The notes under the pieces are model-generated. The model was not told the DNA's origin and searched no databases. It saw only the letters and a list, made by a program, of their open reading frames with translations. From an uncultured Pseudomonadota bacterium (lineage in GTDB: Bacteria; Pseudomonadota; Alphaproteobacteria; JACZXZ01), in assembly GCA_963749075.1 (NCBI GenBank), contig CAVVLJ010000002.1, forward strand, positions 104,232 through 168,231: DNA of 64,000 nt, written 5' to 3'. Every line of letters begins with the position of its first letter. Position 1 is the stretch's first letter. Both the position numbers and the translations under genes were made by a program. Shown here in pieces: positions 38,026 to 48,006 of the stretch.

Positions 38026-39480
38026 TCAGCCATAACCCGGCGGCGGCGTGAAGGCGCGGTACTCTTGCTCGAGGAGTCTCGCGAAGGCGATGGTGGTGCG
38101 GTCGCCATATTGCGGGCCCACGATCTGCACGCCGATCGGCGGGCCCTTGGGGCTGAGGCCGATGGGGGCGACGGTCGCCGGCAGGTAGGCGACGCAGGAA
38201 TAGCCGGCCCAGAAGAGCTGGTCGGTCGTCGGCACTTCCTTGCCGTTGACGGGAATCGTGCGCTGCCAGCGCTCGCCCGCGTGGTCGTGGGGGAAGGCGG
38301 CCGAGGCGGCGGCGGGCGAGAGGAGGAGGTCGTATTCCTCGAAGAAGGCGTGCCACTTCCAGCGCATGCGGTGGCGCTCCTCATTCAAGGCGAGCCAATC
38401 GCGATGGGACATCGTATTGGCGCGCGTCATGCGCGCGAAGTAGCTCTCGTCCGCGGGATCGAGGGTCTTGGCGAGCTCGAGCGCGCGGGCGAACTCGGCG
38501 GGCGACTGGCGCCCGGCGGTCGCGGCGCGCAGCAGCATGATGTAGACGCGGTTGGCGTGGCTGCTGTCGATGTCGGGCCTTGCCCTGTCGTCGATCCTGA
38601 CCTTCTTGCGTGCGAGGAAGTCGGCGAGCTTCTGCAGCTCGTCCTGCACCTCGCGGTCCACTTCCGCGTTGGGGTCGTCGAGCATGAGCGCCAGCTTGTA
38701 GTGGCGGAGCTCGCGCTGCCTGGGTGCTGGCAGGCGGAGCCTATAGCCGGCGCCGTCGATCTCGTCGGGGCCGGCCATGGCGGCGAGGGCGAGTGCCAAG
38801 TCGTCGGCGCTGCGCGCGAGCGGGCCGATCACCGAGATGTCGCTTGCCGAGACGCGGCCGGGCGTCGCCTGGCCGCGCGGCGGACAGATGCCGTAGCTCG
38901 GCTTGTGGCCGAAGACGCCGCAATAATGCGCCGGGTTGCGGATCGAGGAGCCGATGTCGCTGCCCGCCTCGAGGCCCGTGAGGCCGGCGGCAAGGGCCGC
39001 GGCCGAGCCGCCCGAGGAGCCGCCGGGCACTTTCGCCAAGTCCCAGGGATTGTTCGAGGTGCCGTAGATGTCGTTGTAGCTCTGCCAGTCGGCGAGCCAC
39101 TTGGGCACATTGGTCTTGCCGAAGAGGACGACGCCGGCCCCGAGCAGGCGATCGACCGCGAGCGCGTTGCGCTTGGGCCGGTTGTCCTTGAGCTCGGGCA
39201 AGCCCCAGGTCGTGGGCATGCCGGCCACGTCGAAGGACTCCTTGATCGTCATGGGCACGCCGTGGAGCGGGCCCCAGCTCTCGCCCTTGGCAAGCGCACG
39301 GTCCGCCGCCCGCGCGCGCCTGCGCGCGGCCGGCAGGTCCATGGCGATGATGGCGTTGAGCCGCGGATTGTAGCGCTCGACGCGCGCGAGATAGTGCTCG
39401 AGGAGCTCGAGGCAGCCGATCTTGCGCCGGCGGATGAGCGAGGCCAGCCGCTTGGCCGAGGCAAACGCGATATCCGCCAT
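38026..39480 (-). CDS. Amidase signature family amidase
   Basis: PMTIKE, PGGSSGGS, GSDIGSSIRNPA. Confidence 0.92.
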   Translation of the reverse strand: MADIAFASAKRLASLIRRRKIGCLELLEHYLARVERYNPRLNAIIAMDLPAARRRARAADRALAKGESWGPLHGVPMTIKESFDVAGMPTTWGLPELKDNRPKRNALAVDRLLGAGVVLFGKTNVPKWLADWQSYNDIYGTSNNPWDLAKVPGGSSGGSAAALAAGLTGLEAGSDIGSSIRNPAHYCGVFGHKPSYGICPPRGQATPGRVSASDISVIGPLARSADDLALALAAMAGPDEIDGAGYRLRLPAPRQRELRHYKLALMLDDPNAEVDREVQDELQKLADFLARKKVRIDDRARPDIDSSHANRVYIMLLRAATAGRQSPAEFARALELAKTLDPADESYFARMTRANTMSHRDWLALNEERHRMRWKWHAFFEEYDLLLSPAAASAAFPHDHAGERWQRTIPVNGKEVPTTDQLFWAGYSCVAYLPATVAPIGLSPKGPPIGVQIVGPQYGDRTTIAFARLLEQEYRAFTPPPGYG

Positions 39481-39536
39481 GATGTCCCCCTTTGGCCCGT
39501 TGCGGCCGAGTCGTAGCGCGTCCCTAGAAGAAAGGG

Positions 39537-39618
39537 AAACCACAAAGTCACGAAGGCACGAAGGATATCCCGCGCGAAGTGCAGTTGCCCTCTTCGTGCC
39601 TTTGTGTCTTTGTGGTTT
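39537..39618. repeat. Inverted repeat of CCACAAAG(N)CACGAAG type (REP-like)
   Basis: AAACCACAAAGTCACGAAGGCACGAAG ... CTTCGTGCCTTTGTGTCTTTGTGGTTT between divergent genes. Confidence 0.7.
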
Positions 39619-39642
39619 TCTACTTTCCTTGGAGCTTGCACG

Positions 39643-41274
39643 ATGGCGGTACGGGAGATCGGCAGCTTCGACTACGTGATCGCGGGCGCCGGCTCGGCGG
39701 GCTGCGTGCTGGCCAACCGGCTCTCGGCCGACCCGGAGGTCTCCGTCCTGCTCCTCGAGGCGGGCGGGCGCGACAACTACATCTGGATCCACATCCCCAT
39801 CGGCTATCTCTACACCCAGGGCAATCCGCGCACCGACTGGTGCTTCAAGACCGAGCCCGAGGAGGGTCTCGGCGGCCGCGCGCTCAATTACCCGCGCGGG
39901 CGCGTGCTCGGCGGCTGCTCCTCGATCAACGGCATGATCTACATGCGCGGCCAGGCGCGCGACTACGACCAGTGGCGCCAGATGGGCAACCTCGGCTGGG
40001 CGTGGGACGACGTGCTGCCCTATTTCAAGCGCTCCGAGGACCAGGTGCGCGGCGCCGACGCGTTCCACGGCTCGGGCGGCGAATGGCGCGTCGAGGAGAT
40101 GCGCCTCTCCTGGGAGATCCTCGGCGCCTTCCGCGAGGCGGCGGCCGAGGCCGGCATCCCCAAGACGGACGACTTCAACCGCGGCGACAACGAGGGCTGC
40201 GGCTATTTCCAGGTGAACCAGAGGAAGGGCGTGCGCTGGAGCACGGCCAAGGCCTTCCTCAAGCCCGTGCGCGGGCGGCCCAACCTCACCGTGCTGACGG
40301 GCGCCCAGGCGACCCGCATCCGTTTCGAGGGGCGCAGCACCTCCGGCCTCGAGCTCGCGCTCGACGGCGCTCCGGCGCGCGTGGGCGTCAAGGGCGAGCT
40401 CATCCTCGCCGCTGGCGCCATCGGCTCGCCCCAGCTCCTGCAGCTCTCGGGCGTGGGGCCGGCGGCGCTCCTCAAGTCGCACGGCATCCCGCTCGTCCAC
40501 GAGCTCGGCGGCGTCGGCGAGAACCTGCAGGACCATCTGCAGATACGCATGGCCTACAAGGTGAAAAACACCCGCACGCTGAATGAGCAGGCGAACAGCC
40601 TCTGGGGCCGCGCCTGGATGGGCATCGAATATGCCCTCTTCCGCCGCGGCCCGCTCACCATGGCGCCGAGCCAGCTCGGCGGCTTCGTCAAGAGCGACGC
40701 GAGCCGCGAGACGCCGAACCTCGAGTACCACATCCAGCCCCTGAGCCTCGACAGCTTCTCGGAGCCGCCGCATCCCTTCCCGGCCTTCACCGCCTCGGTC
40801 GCGAACCTGAGGCCCGAGAGCCGCGGCTTCGTGCGCATCAAGTCGGCCGCACCCACGGCGGCACCGGCGATCAAGCCCAACTATCTCTCGGCCTCAGCCG
40901 ACCGCCTCGTCGCCGCGGCGGCGATGCGGCTCACCCGGCGCATCGTAGCCGGCAAGGCGCTGGCCCGCTTCGAGCCCGAGGAGTTCCGCCCCGGTCCTCA
41001 GTACCAGACGGACGAGGAGCTCGCGGCCGCTGCTGGCCGCATCTCCTCCACCATCTTCCACCCGGTCGGCACCTGCCGCATGGGGCAGGACGCGCTCGCC
41101 GTGGTCGACGAGCGCCTTGCCGTGCGCGGCATCTCGGGCTTGCGCGTGGCCGACGCCTCGGTGATGCCGACCATCACCTCGGGCAACACCAACTCGCCCG
41201 TCATCATGATCGCCGAGAAGGCCGCGGACATGATCCGCGAGGACCGCAAGACCTCCCGCGCGCGCGTGGCGTGA
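39643..41274 (+). CDS. GMC oxidoreductase (choline dehydrogenase-like)
   Basis: GAGSAG, GGCSSINGM, NLQDH, HPVGTC, SGNTN. Confidence 0.92.
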   Translation: MAVREIGSFDYVIAGAGSAGCVLANRLSADPEVSVLLLEAGGRDNYIWIHIPIGYLYTQGNPRTDWCFKTEPEEGLGGRALNYPRGRVLGGCSSINGMIYMRGQARDYDQWRQMGNLGWAWDDVLPYFKRSEDQVRGADAFHGSGGEWRVEEMRLSWEILGAFREAAAEAGIPKTDDFNRGDNEGCGYFQVNQRKGVRWSTAKAFLKPVRGRPNLTVLTGAQATRIRFEGRSTSGLELALDGAPARVGVKGELILAAGAIGSPQLLQLSGVGPAALLKSHGIPLVHELGGVGENLQDHLQIRMAYKVKNTRTLNEQANSLWGRAWMGIEYALFRRGPLTMAPSQLGGFVKSDASRETPNLEYHIQPLSLDSFSEPPHPFPAFTASVANLRPESRGFVRIKSAAPTAAPAIKPNYLSASADRLVAAAAMRLTRRIVAGKALARFEPEEFRPGPQYQTDEELAAAAGRISSTIFHPVGTCRMGQDALAVVDERLAVRGISGLRVADASVMPTITSGNTNSPVIMIAEKAADMIREDRKTSRARVA

Positions 41275-41311
41275 GCCGAGCTCGTATCCAGACTCATCGC
41301 CGCACGATGCA

Positions 41312-41409
41312 CCCCCCTCCCTACCCTCCCCCTCAAGGGGGGAGGGGAATTGAGAGCCGGGTCGATAGCCTCCCCCTCCCCCCTTGAGGGGGAGGGTTGG
41401 GGTGGGGGG
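41312..41409. repeat. REP-like inverted pair
   Basis: CCCTCCCCCTCAAGGGGGGAGGG / CCCTCCCCCTTGAGGGGGAGGG between convergent genes. Confidence 0.85.
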
Positions 41410-41437
41410 CTATGGTACGCGGCAACGAATCCAGATT

Positions 41438-42373
41438 CTAAGCGCCCGCCCTGGTGCTGCGGGCGCGTTTCTGCAGCTTGTGCTCGCGGAAGGTGATGTA
41501 GAGGCCGCTTGCGATGATGACGGCAGCACCTATCCAGGTCCAAAGGCCGGGGAACTCGGCGAAGAACACGTAGCCGAGGATGGTCGAGCCGACGAGCTCG
41601 CCGTAGCCCATGGGCGCGCAGAGCGAGGCCGAGCCCCACTGCACCGCCTTGATGACGAAGTAATGGCCGACGAGGCCGAGGAGCCCGACGCTGGCGAAGA
41701 CCAGCGCGTCGAACGGCGTCGCCGGCAGGACGATCGGCCAGAACGGCAGGATCGCACTCGCGATGACGAGGCCGCCGAGGCCGGCGAGCGTCACCGAGGC
41801 GGCCGCCGAATCGCGGCTGCCGACTTTACGCGAGAGGATCTGGTAGACCGCATAGCAGGCGGCATCGATGAGCACGAGCACCGCTCCCCACTGCATCACG
41901 TCGGTGCCCGGACGGATGATGAGCAAGGCGCCGGCAAAGCCCACGATGACCGCGGTCCAGCGCCTCGGCCCGACCTTCTCGCCCAGCATGGGGACCGAGA
42001 GGGCCGTCACGATGATCGGGCCCACGAAGGCGATGGCGCTCGCCGTCGGCAGCGGCACGGTGAGCAGGCCGAGGAAATAGGTGGCCGAGGCGCTGAAGAG
42101 GAGGATCGAGCGCCAGGCCTGGGCAAGGGGATGCCTGGTCGCGAAGACCTTGAGACCGTAGCGCGGGGCGAAGACGATGAGGCAGAAGACGACGTGTCCG
42201 GCGTAGCGCGCCCAGAAGATCTCGGGCATCGGGTAGCGGTGGCCGAGATACTTGACGCCCGCATTGAGGAAGGGGAAGGCCGTCACCGCGAGCATCATGT
42301 AGAGCACCGCGCGCAGCACGGATTCGCCCCCGAGCGTGCGGGGCGGGCTCGCAATGGCAAGGGGCTCGGTCAT
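41438..42373 (-). CDS. DMT/EamA family transporter
   Basis: About ten TM segments; LGEKVGPRRW, IRPG. Confidence 0.9.
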   Translation of the reverse strand: MTEPLAIASPPRTLGGESVLRAVLYMMLAVTAFPFLNAGVKYLGHRYPMPEIFWARYAGHVVFCLIVFAPRYGLKVFATRHPLAQAWRSILLFSASATYFLGLLTVPLPTASAIAFVGPIIVTALSVPMLGEKVGPRRWTAVIVGFAGALLIIRPGTDVMQWGAVLVLIDAACYAVYQILSRKVGSRDSAAASVTLAGLGGLVIASAILPFWPIVLPATPFDALVFASVGLLGLVGHYFVIKAVQWGSASLCAPMGYGELVGSTILGYVFFAEFPGLWTWIGAAVIIASGLYITFREHKLQKRARSTRAGA

Positions 42374-42534
42374 GGGGTGCGCTGATCGTAGGGGGAGCGC
42401 TCGTGGCGAGAGACTGTCATCCGGCCGCGCGGCCCGTCAATCCCTCGCCCTCGGCTTCGCTGTTGCCTTGCGGGCGCATCGGCTCGATAGTAGCGGCCGA
42501 AAGGCGGCGAAAGACCGCATTGGGGGGAGGCAGG

Positions 42535-43320
42535 ATGGCGGGCACCGCCGCCGAGATGATCGCCGTCAGACGGCTGAGCAAGCGCTACGAGACCTCACGC
42601 GGCGCGCTCTTGGCGTTGGACGACATCGATTTCTCCGTGGCCGAGGGCGAGTTCGTGGCCGTGGTGGGGCCGTCGGGCTGCGGCAAGACGACGCTCCTCA
42701 AGATCCTCGCCGGGCTCATGCGGGCGACGGAGGGCGGTGCGGCACTGGCCGGCACGCCGATCGCGGGTCCGCGCCGCGACATCGGCGTCGTCTTCCAGTC
42801 GCCGGTGCTCTTCCCCTGGCGCTCGGTGCTCGAGAACGTGCTGCTGCCGGTCGACGTGCAGCGCCTCGGGCGCGAGCGCGGCCGCCAGCGCGCGCTCGAG
42901 CTCCTGGCCCTCGTCGGTCTCGAGGGCTTCGAGCAGCGCTATCCCTGGGAGCTCTCGGGCGGCATGCAGCAACGCGTCGCCATCACCCGCAGCCTCGTCC
43001 ATGATCCCGCCATGCTGCTGATGGACGAGCCCTTCGGCGCGCTCGACGCCATGACGCGCGAGAGCATGAACCTCGAGCTCCAGCGCATCTGGCTCGAGCG
43101 GCGCAAGACCGTGCTCTTCATCACCCATTCGATCTCCGAGGCCGTCTTCCTCGCCGACCGGGTGCTGGTGATGACGCCGCGCCCGGGTCGCATCCGCGAC
43201 GCCATCGCCGTCGCGATGCCGCGGCCGCGCCCGCTCGAGCTCACGGCGACGCCCGACTTCGGGGCACTCGTGCAGCGCATCCGCACCTACTTCAACGCCA
43301 AGGGCGGGGTGGACGCATGA
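42535..43320 (+). CDS. NitT/TauT ABC transporter ATP-binding protein
   Basis: GPSGCGKT, LSGGMQQR, DEPFGALD. Confidence 0.92.
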   Translation: MAGTAAEMIAVRRLSKRYETSRGALLALDDIDFSVAEGEFVAVVGPSGCGKTTLLKILAGLMRATEGGAALAGTPIAGPRRDIGVVFQSPVLFPWRSVLENVLLPVDVQRLGRERGRQRALELLALVGLEGFEQRYPWELSGGMQQRVAITRSLVHDPAMLLMDEPFGALDAMTRESMNLELQRIWLERRKTVLFITHSISEAVFLADRVLVMTPRPGRIRDAIAVAMPRPRPLELTATPDFGALVQRIRTYFNAKGGVDA

Positions 43321-44117
43321 CGCGCGCGCCGAAGGCGGCCCTCCGCCTCCTTCTCCTCCTCGTCTCGCTCCTCCTCTGGGAGGGGGCGGTGCGTCTCTTC
43401 GCGGTGCCCGCCTTCATCCTGCCGCCGCCGAGTCGCGTCGTCATGGCGCTCTACCGCGGCGGGGTGAGCGGGGTCTATCTCGACAATTTCTGGGTGACGC
43501 TCGCCGAGACCCTGCTCGGCTTTGCCCTCGGCGCAGTCCTCGCCTTCGTCCTCGGCACCGCGGTGGCGGTAAGCGGTGCGGTCGAATATTTCCTCTATCC
43601 CTACATCGTCATGTTCCAGTCGATGCCGAAGGTGGCCTTGGCCCCCCTCATCATCGTGTGGTTCGGCCTCGGCCTCAGCTCCAAGGTGGTGAGCGCTGCC
43701 CTCGTCGCCTTCTTCCCGCTCCTCGTCAATACGATCTTGGGCCTGCGCTCGGCGGACGAGGACCGCGTCGATCTCATGCGCTCGCTCGCGGCTACCGAGA
43801 CGCAGATCTTCTGGATGCTCCGCTTGCCGACGGCGCTGCCCTTCATCATGGCCGGGCTCGAGGTGGCGATGGTGTTCTCGCTCATCGGCGCCATCGTCGC
43901 CGAGTTCGTCGGCGCCGAATCGGGGCTCGGCATGCTGATCGAGAGCATGAATTTCTCGATGGACGTGGCCGGCCAGTTCGCCGTGCTCTTCATCCTCGCC
44001 GTCATGGGCCTGGCGCTCAACGGCACCATCGTCTGGCTGCGCCGCCGCGTGCTGTTCTGGGATCCCTCGCAGAAATCGAGCGCGCTCGGCGCCGCGCAAA
44101 AGGGAGGAAAGCTATGA
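43317..44117 (+). CDS. NitT/TauT ABC transporter permease
   Basis: PKVALAP, LPTALP, GAIVAEF. Confidence 0.9.
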   Translation: MTRAPKAALRLLLLLVSLLLWEGAVRLFAVPAFILPPPSRVVMALYRGGVSGVYLDNFWVTLAETLLGFALGAVLAFVLGTAVAVSGAVEYFLYPYIVMFQSMPKVALAPLIIVWFGLGLSSKVVSAALVAFFPLLVNTILGLRSADEDRVDLMRSLAATETQIFWMLRLPTALPFIMAGLEVAMVFSLIGAIVAEFVGAESGLGMLIESMNFSMDVAGQFAVLFILAVMGLALNGTIVWLRRRVLFWDPSQKSSALGAAQKGGKL

Positions 44118-45181
44118 GAAGACGACTTGCGACGGCAGCCTGTCTCGCCCTCGCTCTCGCCGCCTCGACCGCCGCCGCCGCCGCGGCCGAGACCACGATC
44201 AAGGTCGGCTGGTGCGCGCGCACCGTGAGCTCGGCCGCTGCCCCTTACGCGATCGCCACCAAGATGGGCTGGTTCGCCGAGGCCGGCCTCAAGGTGCAGC
44301 TCGTGCCGCTCCCGGGCTCGACCGATTGCGTCAAGGAGGTGGCCACGGGGGATATCCCCTATGCGGTGCCATCGGTCGAGCCGCTTATCACCATCCGCAG
44401 CGAGGGGGTCAAGGCCAAGATCTTCTATACCGCCTACCAGGGCAACATCTACGGCCTCGCCGTGCCGGCGGCGAGCCCGATCAAGGACGCCAAGGACCTG
44501 AAGGGCAAGAAGATCGGCGTGCAGTCGATGGCCTCGGGCGGCGTGCAGGTTGCGCGGGCACTCCTCGCCCTCAACGGCATCGATCCCGACAAGGAGGCGC
44601 AGATCGTGGTGGTAGGCGAGGCGGGCCAGGCTGCGGCCCTCGTGCGCTCGAAGCAGGTCGACGCGCTCTCGCTCTACGACGTGCAGTACGCCCTCATCGA
44701 GAACGCCGGCCAGCCCTTGCGCCTGCTCGACACGGGCCCGATCGCCAAATATCCCTCGAACGGCTTCTTGGCACTCGAGAGCACCCTCGAGAAGAACCGC
44801 GCCCAGGCGATCGGCCTCGCCAAGGGCTACGCGCGCGGCACCATCTTCGCCATCAACAACCCGGAGGCGGCGGTCAGGATCCTGTGGGAGGTGTTCCCCC
44901 AGACCAAGCCCACCGGCAAGAGCGAGGAGCAGGCGCTGGCCGACGACGTGAAGGCGATCGAGGCGCGCATCGGGCACTGGCGCCTCGAGGCAGGCGGGGT
45001 CACGCGCTGGGGCGAGAGCTCGCTCAAAGATTACGCCGCCTATGAGGCGTTCCTCTTCAAGTGGGGCGTGGTCAAGGCGACGGTGCCGGCGGGCGACCTC
45101 GTGACCAACGAGCTTCTGGGCGAGATCGACAGCTTCGATCCGGCGAAGATCGCCGAGGAGGCCAAGGCCTACAAGATGTGA
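44114..45181 (+). CDS. NMT1/THI5-like ABC substrate-binding protein 1
   Basis: Signal peptide, DLKGKKIG; GGGAGG SD. Confidence 0.88.
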   Translation: MRRRLATAACLALALAASTAAAAAAETTIKVGWCARTVSSAAAPYAIATKMGWFAEAGLKVQLVPLPGSTDCVKEVATGDIPYAVPSVEPLITIRSEGVKAKIFYTAYQGNIYGLAVPAASPIKDAKDLKGKKIGVQSMASGGVQVARALLALNGIDPDKEAQIVVVGEAGQAAALVRSKQVDALSLYDVQYALIENAGQPLRLLDTGPIAKYPSNGFLALESTLEKNRAQAIGLAKGYARGTIFAINNPEAAVRILWEVFPQTKPTGKSEEQALADDVKAIEARIGHWRLEAGGVTRWGESSLKDYAAYEAFLFKWGVVKATVPAGDLVTNELLGEIDSFDPAKIAEEAKAYKM

Positions 45182-45226
45182 GTGCTGCCGGCACGAGGAG
45201 GTGCTCAGGATAGGGAGGAGGCGAAA

Positions 45227-46288
45227 ATGAGGCGGATGACGCAGGCGGCTCTGGCGGCAGCGGCGCTCGCAATGGCGGCGCCGTCGGCCTCGGCCGAGAC
45301 CACGATCAAGGTCGGGTTTTGCGCGCGCACGGTGAGCTCGGCCGTGGCACCCTTCGCGATCGCGAGCAAGATGGGCTGGTTCGCCGAGCGCGGCCTCGCG
45401 GTCCGGGTGGTGCCGCTGCCGGGCTCGACCGATTGCGTCAAGGAGGTGGCGACGGGCGATCTGCCCTATGCGCTGCCCTCGGTCGAGCCGCTCGCGATGA
45501 TCCGGCCCGAAGGGGTCAAGGCGAAGATCTTCTATACCGCCTACCAGGGCTACAACTACGGCATCGCGGTGCCGAGCGGCAGTGCGGTCAAGAGTGTTAC
45601 CGACCTCAAGGGCAAGAAGATCGGCGTGACCTCGATGGCGTCCGCCGGCGTCATCGTGGCACGGGCGATGGTCGCGGCCGCGGGCCTCGATCCCGATCAC
45701 GACGTGCAGATCGTGGTGGCCGGCGAGGCGGCGCAGACCGCGGCGCTCTTGCGCTCGCAGCAGGTCGATGCGCTCAGCCAGTTCGACGTGCAGTACGTGC
45801 TCGTGGAGAACGCCGGCGTGGCGCTGCGCTGGCTCGACCGCTCGGCATTGCGGCACTATCCGTCCAACGGCTTCCTGGCGCTCGAGAAGACGCTTGTCGA
45901 GCAGCCCGCCCAGGCGATCGCGCTCGCGCGCGGCTATGCCATGGGTACCGTGTTCCTTTTCGCCAATCCCGAGGCGGCGATCCGCATCCTTTACGAGGAG
46001 TATCCGCAGAGCAAGCCGACCGGCAAGGACGAGGCGACGGCGATCCGCGACGACATCAAGGCGCTCGCCGCGCGCCAGGAGGACTGGCGCCTCTCCGCCG
46101 GCGGGGTCGCGCGCTGGGGCGAGAGCAACGTGAGGAACTACGCCGACTACATCGACTTCCTCCTCAAGTGGGGCGTCATCAAGGAGAAGGTCCCGGTCGA
46201 CGATCTCGTCACCAACGAGTTCATCGGCGAGATCAACAAGTTCGATGCCGCGAAGGTCGCAGCCGCGGCAAAGGCCTACAAGATGTGA
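45227..46288 (+). CDS. NMT1/THI5-like ABC substrate-binding protein 2 (tandem paralogue)
   Basis: Shares long blocks with SBP1 (PLPGSTDCVKEVATGD, KAYKM); has its own SD and signal peptide. Confidence 0.88.
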   Translation: MRRMTQAALAAAALAMAAPSASAETTIKVGFCARTVSSAVAPFAIASKMGWFAERGLAVRVVPLPGSTDCVKEVATGDLPYALPSVEPLAMIRPEGVKAKIFYTAYQGYNYGIAVPSGSAVKSVTDLKGKKIGVTSMASAGVIVARAMVAAAGLDPDHDVQIVVAGEAAQTAALLRSQQVDALSQFDVQYVLVENAGVALRWLDRSALRHYPSNGFLALEKTLVEQPAQAIALARGYAMGTVFLFANPEAAIRILYEEYPQSKPTGKDEATAIRDDIKALAARQEDWRLSAGGVARWGESNVRNYADYIDFLLKWGVIKEKVPVDDLVTNEFIGEINKFDAAKVAAAAKAYKM

Positions 46289-46929
46289 GCGCCGCGCGCG
46301 GCCGTCTTGCGGCGGTGGAAGCGGCGCTGCTTGGCGCGGTTGCCGCAAACCTCCATCTCGCACCAGCGCCGGCTCTTGTTCTTGGTGGTGTCGAAGAAGA
46401 GCCAGCCGCAGCGCTCGCCGCGGCATTGCTTGATGCGCGAGAGGTCGGACTGCGTCAAGAGGGTGAGGGCGGAGAGCGTCACCGGTCCGAGCACCGCCTC
46501 GACGACGCCGTCCGCCGGGTCCCAGCTCCACACGTAGTGCCCGTCATCGTGGACCAGCCTGGCGCGCGCCACGCAGTCGGCATGGATGCGCATGAGATGG
46601 GCGACGCTTGCCGCATCGACCTCGCGCCCCGCCGCGAGCGCTGCGCCGACCGCGTGCACGACCTCGCGCAGCTCGTGCGCGCGCTTCAAGAGGCGCGCCG
46701 CGAGCTTGGGGTTGGCCGCGAGTGCCGTCTCGAGCCTCTCGCCGTCGGCGGGCGACAGCGCGCGCGCGTGGCGCGCCCAGGCCACCACGTGCTCGGGCCG
46801 GCCGAGATGATCGAGGTGCGTGGGCGTGCCGCGGCCGGAGGCGGTGTTGGCGAGGTCGAGGGCCAGCTCGTTGCCGATCAGCGGGAGTGCTGCGGCGCGC
46901 AACTCCCGATCGAGGGCGAGTTCGCTCAT
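46276..46929 (-). CDS. CGNR zinc finger / ABATE domain protein
   Basis: LALDLANT; C...CGWLFFDTTKNKSRRWCEMEVCGNRAK. Confidence 0.9.
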   Translation of the reverse strand: MSELALDRELRAAALPLIGNELALDLANTASGRGTPTHLDHLGRPEHVVAWARHARALSPADGERLETALAANPKLAARLLKRAHELREVVHAVGAALAAGREVDAASVAHLMRIHADCVARARLVHDDGHYVWSWDPADGVVEAVLGPVTLSALTLLTQSDLSRIKQCRGERCGWLFFDTTKNKSRRWCEMEVCGNRAKQRRFHRRKTAARGAHIL

Positions 46930-46930
46930 A

Positions 46931-46958
46931 TAACCAGTAAAACAGCATTTGTTCGTTA
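46931..46958. promoter_or_regulatory. Imperfect palindrome upstream of the CGNR gene (possible operator)
   Basis: TAACCAGTAAAA-CAGC-ATTTGTTCGTTA, AT-rich and adjacent to the start codon. Confidence 0.4.
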
Positions 46959-47051
46959 AGTCAACGTCCGGGCGGGCGCCTGGTTCAGCACGGCCGGGCG
47001 CCGTGCCATACTGCGCCAGGCGCAGCCGCAAAGCGCCCGCTGGAGGGGCGC

Positions 47052-47465
47052 ATGCTCATCGTTGCCACGCGGGTCAAGGCCTCCGCAATCGAGGGCGTCG
47101 GCCTCTTCGCCGCGCGGCCGATCGCGCGCGGCACGCCGATCTGGGAATACCGCCCGCCCTTCGATCTCTGCGTCGAGCCGGCCGGCCTCGACGGCCTCCC
47201 GGCGCAGATCCGCCGTCTCCTCTCCAGCCACGGCTATCTCTACAACCGGGACGGCAAGTGGTACTTGAACCTCGACGACGCCCGCTTCATGAACCACTCG
47301 GCCGAGCCCAACTGCGAACCCACGGAGGAGTTCATGGTGGCCGCCCGCGACATCGCCGCGGACGAGGAGATCACCTGCGACTATTTCACCTATTACACGC
47401 CCAATCCGCAGCAGCCCTGGCTCGCGGCGCTGCGCTCCAAGCGGGATGTCAAGCCGCGGGCTTGA
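47052..47465 (+). CDS. SET domain protein-lysine methyltransferase
   Basis: GVGLFA, RFMNHSAEPN, EEITCDY. Confidence 0.88.
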   Translation: MLIVATRVKASAIEGVGLFAARPIARGTPIWEYRPPFDLCVEPAGLDGLPAQIRRLLSSHGYLYNRDGKWYLNLDDARFMNHSAEPNCEPTEEFMVAARDIAADEEITCDYFTYYTPNPQQPWLAALRSKRDVKPRA

Positions 47466-47517
47466 ATTGTCTTGCGACAGCTGTCATATTTGCGGCGACA
47501 GTCGTCATGGAACCGAA

Positions 47518-48006
47518 ATGGCAAACCTAATGGAAGCACCCGAGGCGCGGCCGGCCGGTGCTGCAACTCTCGAGGGTGTGGTCGATATCCTGGGCGGCCC
47601 CAAAGTGCTCAAGCGGAAGGTTAGAGGCCCCCTCGATGCGCATGAGCTGCTGCTTCGGGGACTGCCCGGCGCCGCGCTTACCCATCTTGTGGCGAGCCTC
47701 ACCCTTCTCCACGATCCGGTCTCGCTGGAGAAGGCCGTTGGCATGAGCTTGCGCACGTTCCAGCGCCGCAAAGGCAATCCCGCCAAGCTCCTCAGCCAGG
47801 AGCAAAGCGCCCGGACATGGAAGTTTGCGGAGATACTTGCGAAAGCGACAGCGGTGCTCGGCTCGCGCGCCGAGGCAGAACAGTGGCTTGAGCGCCCAGC
47901 CATCGGACTCGACCGGCGCCGGCCCATCGATCTTCTGGCGACGACCGCTGGCGTCGAGATCGTCGAGAGCCACCTCGAACGCCTCGAGTACGGCGTCTAT
48001 ACGTGA
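47518..48006 (+). CDS. Xre/MbcA/ParS family antitoxin
   Basis: HTH SLRTFQRRK; AEQWLERPAIGL...PIDLL...RLEYGVY. GACAGCTGTC and GACAGTCGTC palindromes upstream. Confidence 0.88.
   Translation: MANLMEAPEARPAGAATLEGVVDILGGPKVLKRKVRGPLDAHELLLRGLPGAALTHLVASLTLLHDPVSLEKAVGMSLRTFQRRKGNPAKLLSQEQSARTWKFAEILAKATAVLGSRAEAEQWLERPAIGLDRRRPIDLLATTAGVEIVESHLERLEYGVYT

Noticed and set aside
45179-45226. SBP1 TGA followed in frame by an open frame into SBP2 (possible readthrough or selenocysteine fusion)
   Set aside because: SBP2 has its own strong SD and signal peptide, both paralogues end in KAYKM*, and no SECIS-like evidence was found.
29903-46531. Very long antisense or alternative-frame ORFs (29903-33055, 33372-36095, 38026-40773, 43601-46531)
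   Set aside because: Shadow ORFs opposite well-supported genes. Only the parts matching 3-hydroxyacyl-CoA DH, the small coiled-coil protein and the amidase are real.
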